From the IMG/VR virus record IMGVR_UViG_3300037467_003075, positions 64,001-128,000 of that record: DNA of 64,000 bases; one strand, written 5' to 3'. The stretch comes from a virus. Its lineage: Duplodnaviria; Heunggongvirae; Uroviricota; Caudoviricetes. The notes under the pieces were generated by a model that worked only from the letters and a program-made list of their open reading frames with translations, had not been told where the DNA came from and did no database searches. Below, piece after piece: positions 25,790 through 36,540 of this stretch. Made by a program: the position numbers and the translations under genes. The number at the start of each line of letters is the position of its first letter. Within the stretch, counting starts at the first letter, position 1.

Positions 25790-27316
25790 ATGCCTAACAA
25801 AGCATCCCGCGTTCGCTACTCAGGCGTAGGCGCATTCTTCGATGATGTACAAGGCAACCGTATCCAAGCTTTCGGAAGCTCAAGCCGTTTGACAACGGAA
25901 GACATGAACGAACTAGGTACGCTTAACATCGTTGAGGTTGTAGACGATGTTCCTCAAGTAGATGTATCTGTCGATCAAAACGAGAACGGTACGCTTGACT
26001 TATTCGCATTGCTTTCTAATAAACCATATGGCTGCCAAGTTGTAGCTATTCCAAGTGGAAATGCAGTTGGTAGCGACCAAGTTAAGGTTCTAAGCGGCGT
26101 ATACAAATCGTCTGCTGGACATCCTATCTTCTTCGAAGGTGGAAGCATTGCGGTTCCTAGCGGCTCTGGTCAAATCGTATATTTGAAACCAGAAGTATCT
26201 GGTGGTGCATCTGCTAAGCTTGGTGTAACTGGTGGTTCGGTTCCAGCTGGCTCAATTACTGTTGCTAGCGTATCGGGTTCATCTATTATCAAACAAAGCG
26301 ACATCACAGATAATCGTTCATTCGGAACAGTAACACACCTTGATTTTGAACTAGCTTGCGTTGATATTTTTGTCCCTGTTAAACAAACAATGCCAGGTGT
26401 ATCAGTAACTGGCGGTTCAATTGACAGAACAATGTACCTAGAAAAAGCTTATGCTAATAATGTTGATTTCAGCTTCCAAACTAGCGGTGTTGTAACAGCA
26501 AGCTATCGTCTTGAGACAGACAACAAGCGTTGGTTCTTGAACGGTGCAGCACAGATTGTAGTTGACAACCTGAAAGCTGCTAGCGGTACATCAGCAACAT
26601 TGACACAGACTCCTAATCAGCTTGCAAATGGAAATTTTGTTCTAAAGTTGATTAAGAATGGTACTGAGCTTAAAGAAGGAACTGACTTCACTGTTTCAGG
26701 GAAGACGGTTACATTTACAAGTTCATTGACTGCTGGTGATCTATTGAAAGTCCGTTACACATCTTCAACTGGCGGACAATTTTTCTCGCCTGTTCCTTCG
26801 TCTGAAAATCCGCATCCAGAACTTGCTGGTGGATTGAAGCAAGGCCAAGTAGAAATCTATCTTTCAGATGACACAGGAAGTCGTGTAACACGCGCACAAT
26901 CGGCTCGTATCAGCTTGCCGTTGACACGCGAACAGCTAGGTGAACTTGGTGCATTGCGTCCATATGACCGTCCAATGCAGCTACCTGTCAACCTTAGTCT
27001 TACTCTTGAGTTCAGAGATTCTGACCTAGAAATGCTAGCTCGTTTTGCAGGAAAAGATGTAGCAACTGCAACCGAGATTGCTATCGATGACTTGGTTAAG
27101 AATTTGGGTCTGACAGTTAAGATTTATCGTGAGAACGATGTTCAACGCGCTAAACTTCCAGCTGGACATCCAAATAAATATGCCATCAAGACATTTACAG
27201 TAAGCAATATCATTCCACAGAATGAAAACTGGGATGTTCGTACTGGCAGTGATGCTACTCAAACTTTCGAGTTTATGGCACACAATCTAACAATCTCTGA
27301 CGCAATTGTTCAGTAA
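25790..27316 (+). CDS. Major tail (tube) protein with inserted beta-domains
   Basis: 508 aa, strong codon bias, lies upstream of chaperone and tape measure genes. Confidence 0.72.
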   Translation: MPNKASRVRYSGVGAFFDDVQGNRIQAFGSSSRLTTEDMNELGTLNIVEVVDDVPQVDVSVDQNENGTLDLFALLSNKPYGCQVVAIPSGNAVGSDQVKVLSGVYKSSAGHPIFFEGGSIAVPSGSGQIVYLKPEVSGGASAKLGVTGGSVPAGSITVASVSGSSIIKQSDITDNRSFGTVTHLDFELACVDIFVPVKQTMPGVSVTGGSIDRTMYLEKAYANNVDFSFQTSGVVTASYRLETDNKRWFLNGAAQIVVDNLKAASGTSATLTQTPNQLANGNFVLKLIKNGTELKEGTDFTVSGKTVTFTSSLTAGDLLKVRYTSSTGGQFFSPVPSSENPHPELAGGLKQGQVEIYLSDDTGSRVTRAQSARISLPLTREQLGELGALRPYDRPMQLPVNLSLTLEFRDSDLEMLARFAGKDVATATEIAIDDLVKNLGLTVKIYRENDVQRAKLPAGHPNKYAIKTFTVSNIIPQNENWDVRTGSDATQTFEFMAHNLTISDAIVQ

Positions 27317-27395
27317 TTAAATCATGGGTGAGTCTCAACAGCTCACCCTATAAAACTAAATATATAGGGATTAAAGGAGTAAGGAGGAAGGGACA

Positions 27396-27629
27396 ATGAA
27401 CGCTGACAAAGAGAAGTTGAAAACTCTTGGAGAGCGAAGCATTACTAAGGTATTTAAGGACTGTTTAGCTCTCATCGAATTGTCTGGAATTGAGAGAGAA
27501 CAGTTCGCGAGAATCAGAAAGCAGATTCTAAGGTCGGGGAATGATGAAATTCGCAAGTTCAATGAAGAACTGGCGAAATACGAAGTCAAGTATACTCCAC
27601 AGTATAACGAGACAATTGACTTCGAGTAA
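27396..27629 (+). CDS. Hypothetical protein
   Basis: 77-aa ORF with strong RBS, followed by a terminator. Confidence 0.65.
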   Translation: MNADKEKLKTLGERSITKVFKDCLALIELSGIEREQFARIRKQILRSGNDEIRKFNEELAKYEVKYTPQYNETIDFE

Positions 27630-27647
27630 ATCCCAACGACTAATCAG

Positions 27648-27672
27648 AGGATGCTTACGGGCATCCTTTTTT
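27648..27672 (+). terminator. Intrinsic terminator
   Basis: AGGATGC-TTACGG-GCATCCT-TTTTT. Confidence 0.78.
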
Positions 27673-27713
27673 AATCTAAAAATATATCAATATGTTGAAG
27701 GAAGGTAAAGGAA

Positions 27714-28373
27714 ATGGCTGAAAAGACAAAAAAGGAATTTACAGATCAAGAAGCTAGTGAGACAATGACAGAAGTCAAGACAGGTCGTAGAGTATTCGAA
27801 ACATCAAAAGGTTTAACACAAGTGCGATTCCCGAAGGTAGAGGAAAACCGTCTAGCTGACTGGGAATATACCAAGGTGCTAAATCAAGCCCTAAAAGATG
27901 GCATTCCAACAAACAAGCAGATGACTTCAATGATTAAAGAACTTGGGCTATGGACTGATGAAGACGATTCGAAAGTTGACAAATTGCGCGAGGAGATCAA
28001 TAAGCAAATTGCTGTTCTCGACAAGATGTCAGAGGGAAGCAAGAACTTCGACAAAGTTCAAGAAAAAATCAATGAGCTTCGCAACGAAATGTTTGGTATG
28101 CAACAAGAGCGTCAAAAATTATATCAAAATACAGCAGAATCCAAAGCAGACGAATCAAAGATGTCTTACCTTATCTATAAGTGTACGGAGTTCGCTGAAA
28201 CTGGAAAGTCTGTGTGGTCAAGCTATGATGATTTCAAAAACGAAGAAAACCAAGAGTTTGTTAATACAGTTGTTTATCAATTCATTACATTTGTAAATGG
28301 ATTGCCAGCAGACTTTCTTTCGTTGCCCTCCACAGGAGATAAAGCTCAAGAAGACGAATCCACAGTTGAGTAA
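27714..28373 (+). CDS. Probable tail assembly chaperone
   Basis: Acidic/coiled 219-aa protein between tail tube and tape measure genes. Confidence 0.6.
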   Translation: MAEKTKKEFTDQEASETMTEVKTGRRVFETSKGLTQVRFPKVEENRLADWEYTKVLNQALKDGIPTNKQMTSMIKELGLWTDEDDSKVDKLREEINKQIAVLDKMSEGSKNFDKVQEKINELRNEMFGMQQERQKLYQNTAESKADESKMSYLIYKCTEFAETGKSVWSSYDDFKNEENQEFVNTVVYQFITFVNGLPADFLSLPSTGDKAQEDESTVE

Positions 28374-28375
28374 TC

Positions 28376-28789
28376 TTGTGGGGGGTGCAACTTAGAGCCA
28401 TCGCTAGGGGGCATGGTCAAGTTGGCGCCGAGTGGAGAGCAAGATGGAAAGCGGCAACGAAAACTGGTAGCCCCCTATTTGATGGGCCAACTGTTGACTG
28501 GAACATTAATCAAGTTGGATTAGTTTTTTGGAGTACATTCTACGATAATATTTTTGAGCATCCAGAAAGACCTGACCAACGAACGATTGAAAATGATGAC
28601 CTACTAGATCGTTGGGTAGAGCAAAAAGGCAAAGAGATAGAAGAACGCGCCAGAAAGAATAGTCGTGCAATGAGCAATCCATCATCATCTGCTTTTGACC
28701 ATCAAGAAGTCATTACTTTTGAAGAAACTGATGAGGAATTGAATTGGCTTGAGCAAGAAGAATATGAGGATGAAGAAGTAGAGGAGTAG
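28376..28789 (+). CDS. Probable second tail assembly chaperone segment
   Basis: ORF immediately before the tape measure gene, in the -1 frame relative to the upstream chaperone; no clear RBS. Confidence 0.55.
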   Translation: MWGVQLRAIARGHGQVGAEWRARWKAATKTGSPLFDGPTVDWNINQVGLVFWSTFYDNIFEHPERPDQRTIENDDLLDRWVEQKGKEIEERARKNSRAMSNPSSSAFDHQEVITFEETDEELNWLEQEEYEDEEVEE

Positions 28790-28854
28790 CTAGGGGTGGA
28801 ATGGAGTTATATTGTTCCCCCCTATATTTTTTTATAAGGAGGTTGATTTAGAAA

Positions 28855-31800
28855 ATGGCTGGATTTAAGTACATAATCCAAACTGAATTACAACTATCGC
28901 CAAGCTCAATAAATAATTTGCTAAGCCAAGTCTCTGATTTGGACAGACAAATTCAACAAAAGCTATCTCTATCGGTTGGTGCGCGTGTAACTGCCAACTC
29001 TATTAAGAGTGTTCAGAAACAAATTGGCGATACAAGAGCGACTATTAATGTTGGCTTGAAAATCGACAGGCAGTCGCTAGCAGCTTTCAAGAGAGAGCTA
29101 GATACAGTTATTAATAACACTAGACGAGAAATTCAGGTTGCTATCCAAGCTCCCAACTCTCCTTCTGCTGCTCCTGCTACTGGTTCACCACAGGCAAGTC
29201 GTGGTGGCATGCAAAGACTACCTATGCCAGGAATGAGCATGGATGACCTAAGAAACTTTAGGGCGCAAACAGCTAGAATGAATGCCGAAGCAAAGGCGCT
29301 TTCTGTTGCTCTGAGCGGACAAGTTGCACAGGCAAAGGTTGGCACTGAGAATGAGCGCAGAATCAATGAGACAAGAAGAAGAATTAATCTTGAAGAAAAC
29401 CAAAGATTACTCATTGCTCGTCGCAGAACGCAAGAAGAATATGCAAACGCGGCCGCAGAAAGAGCAAGGGCTTCAAGAGCAAGGGCAGATGCTACTACTT
29501 TAAATGCCCAAATTAAGATGGCTAGACTGCAAGACGCTCAAGCAAGACAGCAACAGGCAATCGACCAGGCAAAAAGAGACTTGTGGAATCCCGATCTTCC
29601 AGTTGAAAGAAAACAAAACATTATCAGAGAGCTTGACCGTCAAAATGCGTTAAACGCAAAAAAGACAGGGACTGCATCTACTGCTTCTTTTGCTTATCGC
29701 GTTAGAAATGACGATGGCTCTATTTCTACTCTAAGGACAATAACCAGAGAGTATGATGGCATGGGAAATGCTATTAATCGTGCTGATAAATCGCTTGGAC
29801 AAATGGCACAAAACATGGCTCGTCACTTTACATTCCAAGCAGCAATTGCGACTGGATTTTATAAGATCACAGAAGAAATCATGCGTTCAATTGAGACAAT
29901 GAAGGATTTTGAAGCTGAGTTTACAAAAATTCAAATCCTTACTGAGGCGAGACAACAAGAAGCCAAAGATGCAGGAACAACTTCATCATTCAGTAATGTC
30001 ACAGCGCAGAAAGATATCTTCGCTCTCGCTAGAAGATATGGTCGTGACCCTGTAAAAGAGGTCATGCCTTTCTATACAGAAATTCTAAGACAGCATGATC
30101 TTGCTCCTAATCAAGAAGTAGCGAAGCAGCTCACACAGCTAGTTATTCGTGGCGGACTTGTAGCAAAGGGTAACGATGCAAATAGCCAAGTGTTTGGTGA
30201 AATGGGCCATGATATTCTAACTGTTGCTCGACTAATGAGTAACCAGTGGAAGAGTCAAGGACTAGACCCTGTAAGACAGCTAAACTCATTTATTAATGAC
30301 CTTTCTGCTATGAATACGAAAGGTGCGCACCCAGATGTTGTTCTTAATGCATTAGGCGAAGAGCTAATCCCATTTGCTAATGGAGAACAAGGAAATCTTT
30401 CATTGAGAAAACTTTCAGCACTTGTTGGTTCATCTGAATTAACATTGGGCGCAGAAGGTGGAGAGACGGCACAGGTTCTAAAGGGCATGCTTGCTAACTT
30501 GGGTAGTAGATCAAGTGGCGTAGGGCCAGAGGACGCAGCAAGAATACTTGGATACACTAACCTTCCTAACTCAACGCTCGATGATAGATTCACAGCACTT
30601 ATCACAGGAAAGACATTGGATGGAAGAACATTAAACGATGGCGATTACAAGCAACTTGCTATCGACCTAGCTTCTAGCGGTGGCCGCGGAACAGCAATGA
30701 TTCCAAAGGTATCCGCTGTAATTGATGGACTAAGAAGCAGACAAGGTGAACCATCCAACTTTGATAGACTGTATAATCTTGGTGACACAACTGATGCGGC
30801 CGAAAAACAAGCGCAAAGAAGTGCAGAGACCCTAAGCGGTCTGCTTGGAAAACTTAACGCATCATTCCAAGAGCTGTCGATTTCGCTCGGAGAAGCTGGT
30901 GTGCTTGATGCTCTAAAGGGCGCGGTTAAGGCACTAACAGTTATCACTGATGGTATTGGTGGACTAGTAAAAGGTCTAGCCGCTTTAAATCAAGTATTAC
31001 ATAATCTACTTGGTGATACGCTAGGCACAGCGATCAATGCGGTTGTTACAGGTGGATTGGCGTTAAAGGGTGCGCAGTTTGTAAAAGGTAAGTTGTTTGA
31101 CGGAAAAACAACCAAGTTTCTATTTGATGCAGGAGGAGAACTTGCTGGAGACGCTGCCTCATCATTATTCGGAAAAGCGAGTTCTAAGGCAGCAACCAGT
31201 GGAGCAGGAGGGATACTGTCTAAAATTCTATTTGGTGGCGGAATAAGCCGTGGGGCAACTGCAACAGTTGAAGCTGGTGGCTCTACAGCCATGACGATGT
31301 TCATCAATGGAATTAAGTCTGCTGGCCCTGCTTTGTTGAGATTTGGCTTACTATTGAGCCGTCTGTCCCTATGGGGAGCCGTAATTGGTGCTGCGGTGTG
31401 GGGTGTTAAGAAACTCGTTGATGCCAATAAAAGAGCATTGGATAAAGGTGCAAATGTAACTTATAGTAGATTATTTGACGAGAAGACTGGGACGGATGCA
31501 CAGGCTAATCTCACAGGTGGTTTTGAGCAGCTTGTGGCAATGAGTAACGACAAAACAACTCGTTATGATGCAAGTAAGCTTGGTAAGTTTTATGGTTTGC
31601 AATATAAGCTAGGTCAACAATTCGGTAATGGTGCAAAGTTTTATGATAGATATATGAAACTAAGCTTACCTGGCCCGACTGGTGATAGAGTTGACTATAA
31701 GATCAACTATGACGAAGCTGGATTGAAGAGATTAAATGATATCCTTGCCGCTAATGCAAAGCATATATCGGAGGCAGAATATAAGGCTGAACAAACTAAC

Positions 31801-34800
31801 ATTCAGTTCCTAGACCAATACAACATGATGGGCAAAATAAAATCTTTGAGCGATATCATGGATAAGCGTTCATCATATGCTGATCTTGCAAATAATGTAA
31901 ATGGAATTAAGTTTGCTGGTGCCACAGACAGTCTTGCTTACTATAAGGCATCGATGGATGTTGTGAAAAATACCATTGGCGATGTGCAAGGCCAATTCGG
32001 TGAATTGATTAAGCAAAGACAAGATTTAGCTTCTCAGTCCGAAATTAACAGATTAAGAGTAAGTGCGTTCTCATCAGATGCTCTCTTTGGAGATATTTCA
32101 AAAGACTTAGAAAGCTACTCTGACAAAGGGGAGTCTGGTCTAATTGATTTCGTCAACAAATACAAGTCTGATGCAGAGAAGAAAGATGCAACAAAAGAAG
32201 CACAGCAAAAATATAATATTGCACTTGCACTGTACAACCAAGAGCGAGATAAGCAAAATACACAGCAACTAGAAGAGACACATAAGAAAATGATCGACAC
32301 CTTGACTTCTGAGACTCAAAAGTACAAGGAATTGTACAGTGCCTATTTGGTTGCCTCATCTGGTGTTCAAGTCCTTGAGGCTGCAATGAAGGGTCTTGAC
32401 GCTACTCTAAGTCAAGCTAAGTTAAATTTCGAAACGGCGATTGGTGATTCAGACAAAATTAATCAATCTGCTAATGTGTACGGCGTAATGGCTACACAGA
32501 CTAATCTGTATGCCAAAGAGCTTGACGGACTAAAGAATGCTATGGATGCAATTAAGCAATCTAATCCAGACCAAGATTATTCGCTAAACACGCTGTATAA
32601 CCCAAGCGGAAACGGTCTAACCGCTCAACAGACCGCTATGAAAGAAATGCTTGATAAGCAGAACGAAGTAACAAGAAACTACAATGAGTCACTTTCATCT
32701 CTAAGGCAACAAGCTGACACTATGGTTGATCTTGTTATGAACACAGACAAATATAAATCTGTGTGGGACAGCGTTAATGATCGTATCGAGCTAAGTAAGT
32801 CGCTATATGGTCAGATTCGTGATTTGCAGACACAAGCAAATATCTCTCCAGCAATGTCTAATATTAGACAGCAGTTATTTGGTTCAAGTTTTGACGCAGG
32901 AGACTTTGCAAGACAAGGTTCCGAGCAACGCCGCGATGCTTACCTGAGTGCATTCGAGCAAGTTCAAAAGGCAATCTCGACTTATGGTGATGATTCGCAA
33001 AAGTTAAAACAAGCGATTGCAGAAATTAACGGAAGCCTTGGCGACCAAATCAAAGCATCACTGGTAGACCCAATTGCTGATATTGTTGACAATAAGTTCG
33101 CTTCTGCGGCGCAAAAACAATTAGATGCAAGCAATCTATTTGAGACTAGTGTCAATACACTTCAACAGTTACTTGATGCAGAAGCAAAAAGAGCTGGTAT
33201 CTATACTGGAAATACTGCGGGATACGATATTGCTGATGACCCTAAATTAATGCTTGAACAGATGAAATCTGCGAGTGCTTACGACAGTATTATTTCAAAA
33301 GCATCTAGCCAGTTTGGAGTCAGTGAGAGCTTAATCAAGGCGGTTATCCAACAAGAAAGCAGTTTTAATCCTAACGCTGTTTCTAGTGTAGGAGCAGTTG
33401 GCTTGATGCAGTTAATGCCAGGGACAGCTAATGGCCTTGGTGTAACTAACTCATATGACCCAGAACAAAACATCATGGGCGGCACAAGATACTTAAAGCA
33501 ATTGCTTGACAAGTATGGCAACGAGACAGACGCACTACGCGCCTACAACTGGGGAAGCGGCAATTACGATCAATACCTTGCTGGCAACAAAACATCGATG
33601 CCAAGTGAAACACAGCACTATGCTTCATCTGTTCTTGGTATTAAGTCAAGTATATCTAGTGTTGGCAATAAGGCAGAGGATACACAGGTCAATAACAATC
33701 AGGCCATCGAAGAAATCAGGAAAAATGCATATAAGCTTCAAATTGGCGCACTAACTGAACAAGTAAGTTCGCTGATGGCAAATAGCATTGAGTTCTCGTT
33801 TGAAAAAGCAGTGCGAGAAGCAGGAATGAAATCTCGTCTATCTAGAAGTGCCGTTGATTTCCAAACTGGATATTATGATTCTGTTACCCAGGCTAGGTCA
33901 GATATTGCACAAAGAAGATTTGAAAACAATGCAACTCTTGACCAATATAAGCAAACTCTTGCTAATGGTGAATTGCCAGATGAACTAAGGTCTACATATG
34001 AGAAACTTATCCAAACACTGGAAGAAAATACAAAGAGTCTAGACGAACTGGATAAGAAGTATAGCGCAGAAGCTTACAATGACCCTCGTTATAATAGTGC
34101 AACTGCCATGACAAAGATTAGTGATAGATTGGCTGAATTACAAGACATCTACAGCGGAAAATCTGGCGACGGTGTTGGTGGCGTAGAATGGTACAAGGTT
34201 ATGGAAGATATTAACCGCATGTACTCTGAATATGACAGCCGCAGAAAATCTGTAGCAACAGGGCAAGACTTCTTTAATAATACTGGGCTTTATTATGACA
34301 GGTTGTCGCTGAACAAAGATTTACTTCGCCAGCAAGACAACGGAATCCTTGTCAAGCAAATGGAAGGTGTTTCTCAGGAACTTAGCAATCTTGTAGAGGG
34401 AACAAACAGATGGCACCTAGTGCTTGCTGACGCAGTAGCTCTTCAAGAAAAAGTCGTTGATATGGAGAACAAGAAAACTGAATCGGCTAAGAGATACTTC
34501 GAGTTGACAAATAAGGGAATTTCTCCATATATCAACGCTAGGGCATATACTCAGAGTCGCGACTATGCATTAAGCAGAGCCAATTATCAGAGTGCGCTGA
34601 GCAACTATCAATCAAATAGTGGTAGCTTAGATAGTAATGAGCAACTAGTTAACTTGCAAGTAATTGCAGAATCACACGATAAGATAATTCAAACAATGAA
34701 TGATTATCGTGCTGCTGTAACTGGTGCATTCAAGGCTGGCGCGATGAGTCTTCAAGAGTATATAGCAAAGCTTAACGATTTGCGCGACATGCAGTCAGAA

Positions 34801-36540
34801 GTAAGAGAACAGGCTGTGCAAATGACAGACGCAATGCAAAGTGGATTCCAAAGTGCATTGTCAGGTGCTATCAAAAATGGCCTACAGGGAAGCTTCACTG
34901 CTCCTCTTGATTTTGTGCAGAGTATTAAAGACAGCCTAGCTTCAACTGTATCCGACCAAATGTCTAATATTGTATTGCAACAGTCTGGATTACAGGATGT
35001 AATGAATGGTTTAATTCAGAATCTTGTTGGTTCGTTAACTACGAACAATGCGGGAACAAGTATTAACGCATTTAACTTGAACAACTTCAAGCAACAGCTA
35101 GATACTGCGCTATCTCCATTCTTGCCCTTGATTCAACAAATCAGTGATTCTGCTAAGGGAATCTTTGGTGTTCTTAAAGACCAGATGTTCAACGCCCCTG
35201 GCGGGTTCAAGATTGACAACTATTTGTATGAAATCGCTAAGGCACAAAATGCATCTAGTATCGGTGCGTGGCAGAATAATACACCTGTTAATGAGGCTGG
35301 CTCTCCGTTATACGGAAACACATCAGGCAACATTGTGCTGCCTCCGATGACAAATATCCCAGGCGGCGTTCCTAATGTTGTTACGACACCTACACAGCAA
35401 GTACTCGATGGTGCTGGCGGAAGTCTAACCACTCCAATAGCTGGAAGTCGTGTCAACCTTGTAAGGCAAGCTATCCAAGGCATTATTGACATGAAGAGCT
35501 TGTACGCTGGTGGCTCTGTTTCTGGAAATGCGGCGAATACCATGTCACACGAAGAGGCAGATAGACTAAGGGAAGTTATTAAGCAGATTCCTGGTACAGA
35601 AGACCTTGTTAAACAGATCGGTGATGGTGTTAATGATGGCCTTGATGTTGACGGTCTAAAACAATTGTTGCAAGATGGCAACTTAAACCAGTTCGACATG
35701 ACAAAGGGAATTGATGGTGTATTCTTAGGCGTAACTGGTATGTCATCGACTCTTGCTGCTAAGTTGGACGGTGTAATAAACGGAGTAGGAACAGTTGCTA
35801 GTAACATTATGAATTTAAAGGCTCAGCAATCTGCTCCGGCTGGTTCAACTACTACGCAGACATCTTCTGGCGGAACTTCTACTTATATACCTAGCAGTTC
35901 TACTCCTGTGGCAACTGGTAGCAATAGTAGTTCAAGTAGTAGCACTCCAAGTTCTACATATATACCTACTAGCAGCACACCAATTGGTGGCTCAAGTAGT
36001 AGCTCAAACAATGGCACTTCAAGCTCATCTTCTAGTAGTTCTGTAAATAATCAACAATCTTATTTAGAGAGCCTAAAGAACAGTGGTACTAGCGGTCAGT
36101 CAGAATGGGCTAACCAATATATGTACTTAAATGAACTTGCAAAGGGCAGCGGTGGGGATGCAGCGTGGGCGAGAGAAGAAATGGAGAAGAACGGCATGCC
36201 AAGATATCATACTGGTGGCATAGCTGGTATCATGAACTTTTCTGCATCGGATTCATTAAAGTCTAATGAGATTGGTGCTATTCTTCAGAATGAAGAGACT
36301 ATTTTCCAAAAAGGACAGCTTGGAAGTTTTATTAATAGCTTCTTTGAAGGGTTCACAGGAGGAAAAGGTGGCGGCAATACAAATGTCAATGTAAAAGTTG
36401 ATGTGAGTGGCGCAAGCGATTCCGATGGTTCAATTTGGGAAGAGGCAATTTCTCGTGCTGTTACGCAGGCTGTATACGAAGTGCAAAGACAAAACAGACT
36501 TTCAAATCTTCGCAATAAAGGAGTTGCTTATAATGCTTAA
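28855..36540 (+). CDS. Tape measure protein with SLT lytic transglycosylase domain
   Basis: 2561 aa, largely helical. SLT motif LIKAVIQQESSFNPNAVS.VGAVGLMQLMP..N..GG..YL..AYNWG at ~33270-33640. Confidence 0.92.
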   Translation: MAGFKYIIQTELQLSPSSINNLLSQVSDLDRQIQQKLSLSVGARVTANSIKSVQKQIGDTRATINVGLKIDRQSLAAFKRELDTVINNTRREIQVAIQAPNSPSAAPATGSPQASRGGMQRLPMPGMSMDDLRNFRAQTARMNAEAKALSVALSGQVAQAKVGTENERRINETRRRINLEENQRLLIARRRTQEEYANAAAERARASRARADATTLNAQIKMARLQDAQARQQQAIDQAKRDLWNPDLPVERKQNIIRELDRQNALNAKKTGTASTASFAYRVRNDDGSISTLRTITREYDGMGNAINRADKSLGQMAQNMARHFTFQAAIATGFYKITEEIMRSIETMKDFEAEFTKIQILTEARQQEAKDAGTTSSFSNVTAQKDIFALARRYGRDPVKEVMPFYTEILRQHDLAPNQEVAKQLTQLVIRGGLVAKGNDANSQVFGEMGHDILTVARLMSNQWKSQGLDPVRQLNSFINDLSAMNTKGAHPDVVLNALGEELIPFANGEQGNLSLRKLSALVGSSELTLGAEGGETAQVLKGMLANLGSRSSGVGPEDAARILGYTNLPNSTLDDRFTALITGKTLDGRTLNDGDYKQLAIDLASSGGRGTAMIPKVSAVIDGLRSRQGEPSNFDRLYNLGDTTDAAEKQAQRSAETLSGLLGKLNASFQELSISLGEAGVLDALKGAVKALTVITDGIGGLVKGLAALNQVLHNLLGDTLGTAINAVVTGGLALKGAQFVKGKLFDGKTTKFLFDAGGELAGDAASSLFGKASSKAATSGAGGILSKILFGGGISRGATATVEAGGSTAMTMFINGIKSAGPALLRFGLLLSRLSLWGAVIGAAVWGVKKLVDANKRALDKGANVTYSRLFDEKTGTDAQANLTGGFEQLVAMSNDKTTRYDASKLGKFYGLQYKLGQQFGNGAKFYDRYMKLSLPGPTGDRVDYKINYDEAGLKRLNDILAANAKHISEAEYKAEQTNIQFLDQYNMMGKIKSLSDIMDKRSSYADLANNVNGIKFAGATDSLAYYKASMDVVKNTIGDVQGQFGELIKQRQDLASQSEINRLRVSAFSSDALFGDISKDLESYSDKGESGLIDFVNKYKSDAEKKDATKEAQQKYNIALALYNQERDKQNTQQLEETHKKMIDTLTSETQKYKELYSAYLVASSGVQVLEAAMKGLDATLSQAKLNFETAIGDSDKINQSANVYGVMATQTNLYAKELDGLKNAMDAIKQSNPDQDYSLNTLYNPSGNGLTAQQTAMKEMLDKQNEVTRNYNESLSSLRQQADTMVDLVMNTDKYKSVWDSVNDRIELSKSLYGQIRDLQTQANISPAMSNIRQQLFGSSFDAGDFARQGSEQRRDAYLSAFEQVQKAISTYGDDSQKLKQAIAEINGSLGDQIKASLVDPIADIVDNKFASAAQKQLDASNLFETSVNTLQQLLDAEAKRAGIYTGNTAGYDIADDPKLMLEQMKSASAYDSIISKASSQFGVSESLIKAVIQQESSFNPNAVSSVGAVGLMQLMPGTANGLGVTNSYDPEQNIMGGTRYLKQLLDKYGNETDALRAYNWGSGNYDQYLAGNKTSMPSETQHYASSVLGIKSSISSVGNKAEDTQVNNNQAIEEIRKNAYKLQIGALTEQVSSLMANSIEFSFEKAVREAGMKSRLSRSAVDFQTGYYDSVTQARSDIAQRRFENNATLDQYKQTLANGELPDELRSTYEKLIQTLEENTKSLDELDKKYSAEAYNDPRYNSATAMTKISDRLAELQDIYSGKSGDGVGGVEWYKVMEDINRMYSEYDSRRKSVATGQDFFNNTGLYYDRLSLNKDLLRQQDNGILVKQMEGVSQELSNLVEGTNRWHLVLADAVALQEKVVDMENKKTESAKRYFELTNKGISPYINARAYTQSRDYALSRANYQSALSNYQSNSGSLDSNEQLVNLQVIAESHDKIIQTMNDYRAAVTGAFKAGAMSLQEYIAKLNDLRDMQSEVREQAVQMTDAMQSGFQSALSGAIKNGLQGSFTAPLDFVQSIKDSLASTVSDQMSNIVLQQSGLQDVMNGLIQNLVGSLTTNNAGTSINAFNLNNFKQQLDTALSPFLPLIQQISDSAKGIFGVLKDQMFNAPGGFKIDNYLYEIAKAQNASSIGAWQNNTPVNEAGSPLYGNTSGNIVLPPMTNIPGGVPNVVTTPTQQVLDGAGGSLTTPIAGSRVNLVRQAIQGIIDMKSLYAGGSVSGNAANTMSHEEADRLREVIKQIPGTEDLVKQIGDGVNDGLDVDGLKQLLQDGNLNQFDMTKGIDGVFLGVTGMSSTLAAKLDGVINGVGTVASNIMNLKAQQSAPAGSTTTQTSSGGTSTYIPSSSTPVATGSNSSSSSSTPSSTYIPTSSTPIGGSSSSSNNGTSSSSSSSSVNNQQSYLESLKNSGTSGQSEWANQYMYLNELAKGSGGDAAWAREEMEKNGMPRYHTGGIAGIMNFSASDSLKSNEIGAILQNEETIFQKGQLGSFINSFFEGFTGGKGGGNTNVNVKVDVSGASDSDGSIWEEAISRAVTQAVYEVQRQNRLSNLRNKGVAYNA

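Noticed and set aside
17250-27690. AAATATAT near 17257, 27358 and 27681 as the late (phage sigma) promoter
   Set aside because: Too short and AT-rich to be significant in this genome, with no consistent -35 partner; it needs TSS data.
35820-36060. S/T-rich low-complexity stretch with AGT/AGC repeats
   Set aside because: An in-frame flexible linker near the tape measure C-terminus; no independent structure seen.
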